Part shown: positions 9,296-17,117 of the stretch, piece by piece
Layout of the letters: the number at the start of each line of letters is the position of its first letter
Position numbering within the stretch: the stretch's first letter is position 1
DNA from: a bacterium
GTDB lineage: Bacteria > Babelota > Babeliae > Babelales > JABCYS01
DNA: 29,515 bases
Assembly (NCBI GenBank): GCA_027452085.1
Contig: DAIDHG010000007.1
Span: 1 to 29,515 of the forward strand
Direction: 5' to 3'
Notes under the pieces: generated by a model
Told to the model about the DNA's origin: nothing
Databases searched by the model: none
The model's input: the letters and a program-made list of their open reading frames with translations, nothing else
Translations under genes and position numbers: made by a program

Positions 9296-9331
9296 AAAAA
9301 GGCCTTCCCTACACCAGGGAAGGCCTTTTTT
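9296..9331. terminator. Intrinsic (potentially bidirectional) terminator
   Basis: Perfect 15-bp inverted repeat AAAAAGGCCTTCCCT-acacc-AGGGAAGGCCTTTTT with A/T tracts on both sides, just downstream of the ankyrin gene. Confidence 0.9.
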
Positions 9332-9394
9332 ATTGCTTTTCACGCGTAATATCCTTTAGGATAAGAGCCAAAGAAGGAAAAACGGAGAGAAGCA

Positions 9395-10717
9395 ATGAAG
9401 AAATTACTTATAACAAGTCTGATAGGCGTATTTTCACTGAATTTGGCTGCATCGAATGCAACCGCAACAGATCTTATACAAGCGGGCAACCTTGCCGGTG
9501 CCTTAGATGAAATTGGCCGTATGCCGCGCACCCAGTGGCAGCAAAAAAAGAAATTACTCATTTCCATTATTAAACAATGGGACCCTACCACACAACCAGA
9601 ACTTGCCCAAAAGATCAAAGAAAAAGCTCGCGGCAACCTAGCGCTCGGTCATGCACAAGAGCTCTATCAACTGGTAAATAAAAAAAGTGCCGCAGCACCG
9701 AGAGCTGCTCCAATACCGCCCGTTAAACGATCCGCCATGCTTGATTATGCTTTAGATGAACCTGATATACCACCCGCACTGCGCACACAAATTAATCAAC
9801 TGCCAGCACCACACATCCAAGAAATTGATGACGCATTAAACAGAGCAGCAAATGAAAATGATTGGAATAATTCAGCAGCAGCACGCATGTTGGTGGCAGC
9901 GGGCGTTGGTGCTGCAGGATTGCATTGGTTATGGAACTGGTTCCATAGCTGGCTCGCTCAACCAGGTGCGCAGCCTGAAAAGCCAGAAGATCAAGCCGCC
10001 TCGGCTCCACAAGAGCCTCAAATGAGAGAAGAAGGAGACCTGGAATCTGCTCAACCAGAACAGAAAAAGAAGGAGGCTGAGGAAAAAGCTCGAGAAGAGA
10101 ATCATCCTGTACGCAGTAAAGAATATGCAAATTACGTTGAAAAATATAAAGAGAAGATTGTTGCGGGTTTTCCGCGGAACATCAATAAATATCTAAGCGC
10201 TGTGAACACCATACCACTTACATTGCAAGCCTTGATTGCCGCAAATAAGCAAATCATACATTTTGAACGCACCCTCAGCTTTAAATCGGTAGATGATATC
10301 TTACATCAGTCACCAGCCATCGAAAAACAACTGATAGGCGAAAATTTATATCCTCTTGATATTTTAACTAAAACGGCAAAAGAACTCTTTGACCGCTTTA
10401 TAAAGCTGGCAGAGAGCGATCTCGGCGCCATTGCCGCATTGCAAAAAGAGTTTGAAGGATCTACGACACGATTGCTTGCTCAAAAGGAACCAATCACCAA
10501 AGATATGCTTCATGAGTTCGCGGCCGATACGGTGCAACTTAAAAATAGATGGAACAAGCTCCATGAAACAGTGGACATATTCAATGTGCCCGCATCTATT
10601 GCTGACGTAACTAAAAAAGAACGTGCCTCGCTTATTCAGAGAATTACCGATCTCAAGCAGCATATTAAAAAGAACGATGCGATCATGTCTCAGCTTCGTA
10701 AACGCGCCGCTCAATAA
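9395..10717 (+). CDS. Secreted/membrane partner protein 3: signal peptide, module A, VAAGVG hydrophobic segment, LYP module, coiled coil
   Basis: GGAGA RBS; MKKLLITSLIGVFSLNLAA; DLIQAGNLAGAL...KLLISIIKQWDPT; MLVAAGVGAAGLHWLWNWFHSWL; QLIGENLYPL. Confidence 0.85.
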   Translation: MKKLLITSLIGVFSLNLAASNATATDLIQAGNLAGALDEIGRMPRTQWQQKKKLLISIIKQWDPTTQPELAQKIKEKARGNLALGHAQELYQLVNKKSAAAPRAAPIPPVKRSAMLDYALDEPDIPPALRTQINQLPAPHIQEIDDALNRAANENDWNNSAAARMLVAAGVGAAGLHWLWNWFHSWLAQPGAQPEKPEDQAASAPQEPQMREEGDLESAQPEQKKKEAEEKAREENHPVRSKEYANYVEKYKEKIVAGFPRNINKYLSAVNTIPLTLQALIAANKQIIHFERTLSFKSVDDILHQSPAIEKQLIGENLYPLDILTKTAKELFDRFIKLAESDLGAIAALQKEFEGSTTRLLAQKEPITKDMLHEFAADTVQLKNRWNKLHETVDIFNVPASIADVTKKERASLIQRITDLKQHIKKNDAIMSQLRKRAAQ

Positions 10718-10822
10718 AAAAGCGACCTATCGACAACCTACGTGATCCTATATACTGATCATTCGAAATTACCTAAATAAATGTAACATCGGCCTTCTTG
10801 GGTGTTTTTTGAAGGGATTAGT

Positions 10823-12400
10823 ATGCTCAAATTGCATGCGCAAAAAAGTTCAGCGCTCATTTTCACGTTCCTGATTTGCGGATCATCATCAGCGCATTCA
10901 GGAGCCACGTCCAAAACATTTTTTTCTGCAACCCCACAATATAGTACCGGCAGCCCTGAGCATATTAGCTTTTATAGAACTGACCGCATGATTGCCTGCA
11001 TGGATAGCTTTGAGGCATCATTCCAAGCAGTTGTATTTGGGAGCGGTTCAACCAATGCAGATGAATTGGCTCGCTATTTTTTTCCTGATCACAAAAAATA
11101 TTTAATGGTTGCCGAAGGGCCAAACACCGTGCCAGATCCACTCTCTACGCCACCCAATGAATTTGTAGGTGGTGCGCAGGCATTTAAAGATAATACATAC
11201 GATCTAATCGCACGCAATTTCAATATCGAAACTGTTGATCACAATTTTCAAAGTATTGTCAGCCTGCAGCCTGAGCAAACATCGGTCGGTTGCGCATTGA
11301 ACTACCGCCAAAACCTATCCTTTTGTTTGCGCAGAGGATTTTGGTTTGACATCACCATCCCAATTGTACGCGTGAGAAATTCGGTAAACCTAGAAGAGCA
11401 TGTCATCACGAGCGGCACGCCACTGCCAGGAACCGCGCACAACATGACCGAAGCATTTTTAAATCGTCAGTGGGAGTATGGCAAAATCTCTCCATGTGGT
11501 TTGGAAAAAAAAGGAATCGCCGATATGGAAATTCGTGTAGGGTATGATGTAATGCGCACCTGCATAAGCAGCCTTGGTGGCTACCTTGGCTGTATCATTC
11601 CTACCGGCAATCGCCCGCATGGTGAATTTTTGTTTGAACCAATTATTGGTCGAAATCGCCACTGGGGCTTAATCTGGGGTGGCGCCGCCACATTTTTCTT
11701 GTGGGAAAATGATGAGGACACGGCGCATATGTATCTGAATATTGAATCAAATAACAACTATCTATTTGAAAGCACTGAACGGCGCTTACTTGATCTACGT
11801 AATAAACCCTGGAGTCGATACATTAATATTTTTGACTCTGCCTCTGCCACGCACACAAGCCCTGGTATTAATCTCTTGACGCAAGATTTAAAAATTAGTC
11901 CGCACGGGCTCTTCCAATTCAACACGGCTCTCACCACCGATTGGTCAGAAAATTTCATGTTTGAAGCTGGCGTACATTCATTGATGCGCAATGCAGAAGA
12001 TGGCTATCCGGTCTGCCAATGGCAAGAAAGTGCTGCAATTGCTGGTGCAGCAGCAGCCAATCCAGAACTGCAAAAAAATTCTGCTGATAGTATGAGCAAT
12101 GCAAACATGCATAGTTGGAATTATGAATTAATAGCCCCTGATGCTGATTTAGCTCATTTACATGCAAGCACAGCAGATAATACGCTTATATTCCGCCCTA
12201 TCCGCGAACAAGATCTAGATATTCAATCAGCGCTCCATCCATTTTATTGTGCATTTACCTGCTATGGCACCCTTGGTTATCAAGATATGGATACTGAATT
12301 CCCTTGGTTTGCTGCCATTGGTGGCGGTTATCAATTTGGTCCAGACAATAGCGCCATGCATCGATGGACACTCTGGGGCAAAGTTTCAGTCTCTGTTTAA
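10823..12400 (+). CDS. Putative outer-membrane beta-barrel protein, paralog D (shares diagnostic residues with B)
   Basis: ATG 10823 follows AAGGGA. Signal-like N-terminus; blocks SKTFFS, GKISPCG, PTGNRPHG, GRNRHWG, WSRY, QSALHP; C-terminus HRWTLWGKVSVSV. Confidence 0.75.
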   Translation: MLKLHAQKSSALIFTFLICGSSSAHSGATSKTFFSATPQYSTGSPEHISFYRTDRMIACMDSFEASFQAVVFGSGSTNADELARYFFPDHKKYLMVAEGPNTVPDPLSTPPNEFVGGAQAFKDNTYDLIARNFNIETVDHNFQSIVSLQPEQTSVGCALNYRQNLSFCLRRGFWFDITIPIVRVRNSVNLEEHVITSGTPLPGTAHNMTEAFLNRQWEYGKISPCGLEKKGIADMEIRVGYDVMRTCISSLGGYLGCIIPTGNRPHGEFLFEPIIGRNRHWGLIWGGAATFFLWENDEDTAHMYLNIESNNNYLFESTERRLLDLRNKPWSRYINIFDSASATHTSPGINLLTQDLKISPHGLFQFNTALTTDWSENFMFEAGVHSLMRNAEDGYPVCQWQESAAIAGAAAANPELQKNSADSMSNANMHSWNYELIAPDADLAHLHASTADNTLIFRPIREQDLDIQSALHPFYCAFTCYGTLGYQDMDTEFPWFAAIGGGYQFGPDNSAMHRWTLWGKVSVSV

Positions 12401-12409
12401 AGGATACGC

Positions 12410-14137
12410 ATGAAGAAGATACAGCTGCTCATCGTCGTTGGGATGAGTATTTCATTGACGGCACATACCAACAATGAAATTCAGGCCTTCATTGATTCTG
12501 CTGATTATGATTCAGCCATGAACTGCATCAGCACACTTCCGGCAGCGCGTGTTGTTGATCGCCAAAAACTTCTGCTCAGCATGCTCGATGCATGGACAAC
12601 AGATGAAGCAGTCGGCAACTATGCATCGCGCATTAAAAAAGCTGCAGATGCACTCGTGGGCGGCAATCGAAATGTTATCTATAAAAGAATCTCTACCTGC
12701 CTGAGCGCTGCTCCTATCTCTGCTCAAGTATCAGTTACAACTCCGGTTGATATACCTGCAACTACGATCATTACCGTCATCCCACCAGCCGAACCAATAG
12801 CACCAGTAGTGTATCTTCCTCAAACAGAAACAGTAACCAACGTTGAAGCCACAGCAAACAGCATTATTGAGCATGATGCTGCAAAAGCACAGCCTCAAGC
12901 GACAGACCTTACACTGCCGCTCATCGATATTCTGCCAATCATTGAAGATCAGATACATATCCCGCAACCCATGGTGATCGATTTCGATACCATCCACGCC
13001 AACAGTTCTGCGCACACTTTTGGCTTCTGGCGCAGCGCCGCTATGGTAGCTGCTGGTGTTGGGCTCGGTATTGCAGGGCTCTGGCAGCTGATCGCCGAGA
13101 AAAAAGAAAATAAAAAAACAACACCAACATCAACTGATGATACAGCTCCTGCAACAGTACATAAATGCACCGAACCAAAAATACCCCTTCGCCAGCAACA
13201 AGAAGCACAGCCATTTTCAGCCATACTGGCACCAAGCAACGTACATGCAGCATCCGGCGCAAATAATCGTGCGCCGAGCTCAGATGTTGAAGATTCAGAG
13301 GAAGAAATAGATGACGACAATCAAGCTTCATCGGATGATGAATCAGTGCACGATAACGAAAAAAAAACCAGCGCCTCACAATTCAGCACACGCAATACAA
13401 AGAGCTCAATATTAAAATTGAACATGCTACCAACCGATTCGGCCGAAGAAGCCAAGGCGGCTCTTGTTAATTTCAGCGGTCAGCTGCATCAAGAACAGGA
13501 GCATTTTGAGGCTCGTATTCAAGCCTATAATCAAAAAGGGCATCTGAAATCAACTGAGCATCGCATGCTGGTGCAACGCAACCAGCACATCGTGCAAGCA
13601 ATAAGAGATCTTACCACTGCCCTTGCAAGCGATTCAATGAGCAAGCTCAGCCTATCAGATCATAATGATTTAGATGGTTACGCAGGTTCATTACTCCACA
13701 AAATAATGGCCAATGAAAATAAGCTTGCAGAGCTGCGAAAAAAAATTCTTGATCCTCGCACGCAAAAGTTTGAAGCGGCTGTTGTCCAAGAAATGCAGCA
13801 ACCGCGTGATGCTAAACAAAGCAAACAATCATCAACAGCCATACCACCGCTGAAATTGCCGACGCAGTTTCACATCGAAGACACAAATAGAACCGAGGAA
13901 ACAGAAACGCCCGATGGTGCAACTCCCAGGCACAGCCCTCAATCAAGCAGATTGAAAGAGCCGCAAATCTTTACCTTTGTGCCAACGCCACTCCAAGCCG
14001 CGTCATCAAATCCACTCTCTTTGTGCGCTGAATCACCGATAAAAGGTGATGCGGCAGCTGATGATGGCATGTATGATGATGATGATGGCTCATTTATGAA
14101 TTCAAGAGAGCTCAATAAAAGCACCGAAGTTAGATAA
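12410..14137 (+). CDS. Secreted/membrane partner protein 4: signal peptide, module A, Pro/Thr linker, VAAGVG hydrophobic segment, acidic tracts, coiled coil
   Basis: The AAGGA RBS overlaps the barrel D stop. MKKIQLLIVVGMSISLTA; FIDSADYDSAM...RQKLLLSMLDAW; FWRSAAMVAAGVGLGIAGLWQLI; SSDVEDSEEEIDDD. Confidence 0.85.
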   Translation: MKKIQLLIVVGMSISLTAHTNNEIQAFIDSADYDSAMNCISTLPAARVVDRQKLLLSMLDAWTTDEAVGNYASRIKKAADALVGGNRNVIYKRISTCLSAAPISAQVSVTTPVDIPATTIITVIPPAEPIAPVVYLPQTETVTNVEATANSIIEHDAAKAQPQATDLTLPLIDILPIIEDQIHIPQPMVIDFDTIHANSSAHTFGFWRSAAMVAAGVGLGIAGLWQLIAEKKENKKTTPTSTDDTAPATVHKCTEPKIPLRQQQEAQPFSAILAPSNVHAASGANNRAPSSDVEDSEEEIDDDNQASSDDESVHDNEKKTSASQFSTRNTKSSILKLNMLPTDSAEEAKAALVNFSGQLHQEQEHFEARIQAYNQKGHLKSTEHRMLVQRNQHIVQAIRDLTTALASDSMSKLSLSDHNDLDGYAGSLLHKIMANENKLAELRKKILDPRTQKFEAAVVQEMQQPRDAKQSKQSSTAIPPLKLPTQFHIEDTNRTEETETPDGATPRHSPQSSRLKEPQIFTFVPTPLQAASSNPLSLCAESPIKGDAAADDGMYDDDDGSFMNSRELNKSTEVR

Positions 14138-14199
14138 TTATGAGATGAAATGTATGCATATGCATAAGCAGATCGAATCATAATGAAACATATTGAAAC

Positions 14200-14462
14200 C
14201 TACGCAGGCGCTGCATCGGCAATAACGTGCTCAACCACATTATTGTGGTAAAAATTATAGGGCGCCTGTGCAGATAAGCCAACATGTATCAATGATGCGT
14301 AATAGATCACCGCTTCTACGTGCTGCAATTTGAAAATAGTAGAAAGCGTCGCATTATCGGCAAAATCAGCTTTTATATCCAGGTCCACGAAATATAATTT
14401 GCTTTCTAATTGTGCAGCAGATCGTCAATAACGATGACGTTGTAGCTCTTTTGCGACAGCAA
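14200..14462 (-). pseudogene. galE: Decayed fragment of UDP-glucose 4-epimerase
   Basis: The minus strand reads LLSQKSYNVIVIDDLLHN* (TAG at 14408-14406). After a frameshift it reads IKADFADNATLSTIFKLQHVEAVIYYASLIHVGLSAQAPYNFYHNNV, matching GalE 'YxVxVIDNL' and 'D..L..IF....EAVIHFA...VGES...P..YY.NNV'. The GxxGxxG N-terminus and the C-terminal two-thirds are absent. Confidence 0.8.
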
Positions 14463-14475
14463 TATGGATAGAAAA

Positions 14476-17067
14476 TTAACCCTGCCCGTGGCATTTTTTG
14501 TATTTCTTGCCACTACCGCACGGGCATGGATCATTGCGACCTACTTTATCTTCAGCGCTGGCTTCTGATCGAATAGAGCTTTCCGAGCTTCCCTGTGAAT
14601 CAGCGCCGACCATGTTGAGTTGTTCAAGTTCGCGTTCACGGCGCTCTTCTAATGTTGTTTGATCAAAGCGTTCAAGATTGAGATGGAACACATGATGCAC
14701 CGCTTCCAAGCGAACTTGTGTCATCATCTCTTGGAACATATCAAACGCTTCGCGCTTATATTCGATCAACGGATTTTTCTGGCCCCAACTGCGCAACCCA
14801 ATACCTTCGCGCAAATTATCAAGATTCAGCATATGCTGCTTCCAAGCCTGATCGATTGTTTCGAGCAACATCCATCGTTCAGCTTGCTCGATAATTTCAG
14901 GCTTTTGTTGCTCACGATACGTTTTGTATTGCTTCAACACAGAGTCAATAACTTCCTTTTGGAATAGTTCGCTGTCACCACCACTCAGCTTTACCGCAAG
15001 CTGATCGGGAGAGCGACCAACTAAATGCGCAACCATAAGCATCACTTTGCCAGCCTCTTCAGCAGTCAGCGTGCGGCTGGTTACGATGCGCGCACACACA
15101 TCTTGCACCGCACCAGTAATAAGATCGTTAATCAATATATGCGTAAGCGGAATCTTGACAGCCTCATCAGCATTTTCCTGCGGCTGCGGATGCACACGTA
15201 GCCCATCTAATATCTCACGACGATATTTGTACACAACCAACCGCTGCTGATTGAGCACATCATCATATTCAAGGGTGTGTTTACGAATATCAAAATTGTG
15301 CTTTTCAACTTTTTCTTGAGCCGACTCGATGATATTGGAAACCATCTTTGACTCGATAACTTCATCTTCCTTCATACCCCAGCTCGCCATACGATTTTTG
15401 ATCGTATCGCCAGCAAAACGGCGAATAAGATCATCTTCCAATGAAATGTAGAAGCGAGATTCTCCTGGATCGCCCTGCCGGCCTGAACGACCGCGCAACT
15501 GATTATCAATACGTCGGCTTTCATGACGCTCGGTACCAAGAATGTATAAACCACCCGCTTGGCGTGAATCAGAGGTAAGTTTAATGTCAGTACCACGGCC
15601 AGCCATATTGGTTGCAATGGTAACGCGCGATGGCTCACCGGCATACGCTACAATCTCAGCCTCGCGCGCGTGATTTTTCGCGTTTAACACATCATGCTCA
15701 ATATTATATGAGGCGAGCACTTGGCTTAATAGTTCAGAGTTCTCAACTGAGATGGTACCAATCAACACCGGCTGCCCTTTTGCATGGCGCTCTTTGATAT
15801 CATCAACAATTGCTTTGTACTTTGCACGGTTGGTTAAGAAAATAAGATCTTCTTTGTCCATGCGAATCATCGGCATATTGGTTGGTATGGTAACCACATC
15901 TAATTTATAAATATTCCAAAACTCTTCTGCTTCCGTCGCTGCCGTACCTGTCATACCAGCCAGCTTTTTATACATGCGGAAATAGTTTTGCAGGGTAATT
16001 GCCGCCAAGGTTTGCGTTTCGCGCTCTATCTCCACGCCCTCTTTTGCTTCCAAGGCTTGGTGTAAGCCATCGCTATAACGGCGGCCGGCTAATATGCGAC
16101 CCGTAAACTCATCAACAATTAATACTTGGCCATCACGCACGATATAATCAACGTCACGTTTGAAAATGACGTGTGCACGCAGCGCCTGGGTTACATGATG
16201 CAACAGATTGATATTGGTAATATCGTAAATATTTTTAACATTAAGCGCTTGTTCAACCTTATCGATGCCCACTTCAGTCAATTGCACCGTGCGTTGCTTT
16301 TCATCAACTTCGTAATCTTCGGGCCCCTTCAAGCGGCCTACCACCTTGTCAGCTTCTTGGTATAAGCGGCTTCCTTCGTCAGTAGAGCCAGAAATGATAA
16401 GCGGTGTACGTGCTTCATCGATTAAAATAGAGTCCACTTCATCAACAATGGCGTAGCTCAACTCGCGCTGCACGTAATCTTCTAAGCGGAATTTCATGTT
16501 GTCGCGCAGATAGTCAAAGCCAAGCTCGCTATTAGTACCATATAGGATATCGGCCTGATATGCTGCCTTACGTTCGTGATCGGCCATGCTATTTTGTAAA
16601 ACACCAACCGATAAACCAAGATGCGTGTAAATTGGGCTCATCCATTCAGCATCGCGACGCGCAAGATAATCATTTACGGTCACCAGGTGTGCGCCCTTGC
16701 CAGCCAATGCATTTAAATAGAGTGGCAATGTTGCCGTTAATGTTTTACCTTCACCCGTTTTCATTTCAGATATTTTGCCTTGGTGCAACACAATGCCACC
16801 TATCAGCTGCACATCGAAATGGCGCATACCGAGTTTTCGTTTGGCCGTTTCACGTACCACGGCAAAAGCTTCTGGCAGAATATCATCAAGATGCCGACCA
16901 TTGGCCAAATGTTGGCGAAACTCTGCGGTTTTGGCTGTGAGTTGATCGTCAGTTAACTGGCTGATTGATGGTTCAAGCGAGTTAATCAATTGAATGGTTG
17001 GCTCAATAGATTTAAGTTTACGAGCATTAGCTGTGCCAAAAACAGCTGCAATTAATCTGGTTATCAT
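14476..17067 (-). CDS. secA: Preprotein translocase ATPase SecA
   Basis: EMKTGEGKT, VTVNDYLARRD, IVDEVDSILIDEARTPLIISG, ATNMAGRGTDI, RRIDNQLRGRSGRQGDPG, and the C-terminal SEC-C motif GRNDPCPCGSGKKYKKCHG. Confidence 0.99.
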   Translation of the reverse strand: MITRLIAAVFGTANARKLKSIEPTIQLINSLEPSISQLTDDQLTAKTAEFRQHLANGRHLDDILPEAFAVVRETAKRKLGMRHFDVQLIGGIVLHQGKISEMKTGEGKTLTATLPLYLNALAGKGAHLVTVNDYLARRDAEWMSPIYTHLGLSVGVLQNSMADHERKAAYQADILYGTNSELGFDYLRDNMKFRLEDYVQRELSYAIVDEVDSILIDEARTPLIISGSTDEGSRLYQEADKVVGRLKGPEDYEVDEKQRTVQLTEVGIDKVEQALNVKNIYDITNINLLHHVTQALRAHVIFKRDVDYIVRDGQVLIVDEFTGRILAGRRYSDGLHQALEAKEGVEIERETQTLAAITLQNYFRMYKKLAGMTGTAATEAEEFWNIYKLDVVTIPTNMPMIRMDKEDLIFLTNRAKYKAIVDDIKERHAKGQPVLIGTISVENSELLSQVLASYNIEHDVLNAKNHAREAEIVAYAGEPSRVTIATNMAGRGTDIKLTSDSRQAGGLYILGTERHESRRIDNQLRGRSGRQGDPGESRFYISLEDDLIRRFAGDTIKNRMASWGMKEDEVIESKMVSNIIESAQEKVEKHNFDIRKHTLEYDDVLNQQRLVVYKYRREILDGLRVHPQPQENADEAVKIPLTHILINDLITGAVQDVCARIVTSRTLTAEEAGKVMLMVAHLVGRSPDQLAVKLSGGDSELFQKEVIDSVLKQYKTYREQQKPEIIEQAERWMLLETIDQAWKQHMLNLDNLREGIGLRSWGQKNPLIEYKREAFDMFQEMMTQVRLEAVHHVFHLNLERFDQTTLEERRERELEQLNMVGADSQGSSESSIRSEASAEDKVGRNDPCPCGSGKKYKKCHGQG

Positions 17068-17117
17068 GATCTCTTTTTCCTGACGAACGTAATAGGGCTA
17101 GCCGAGCTTTGAAAGTA

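Noticed and set aside
1263..12400. Assigning the four paralogs to TpsB/Omp85, TonB-dependent receptor, autotransporter or Slam families
   Set aside because: I see no POTRA or VRGY motifs, no recognisable TonB box/plug, no passenger repeats and no N-terminal TPR region, so the family is left unnamed.
2848..14137. Polymorphic toxin-immunity interpretation of the gene pairs
   Set aside because: There is no recognisable toxin catalytic motif and no small immunity-like ORFs; both members of each pair are large and carry signal peptides.
14153..14166. Perfect 14-bp palindrome TATGCATATGCATA after partner 4
   Set aside because: It is a low-complexity TATGCA tandem, occurs once and lies between convergent ends, so no function can be supported.
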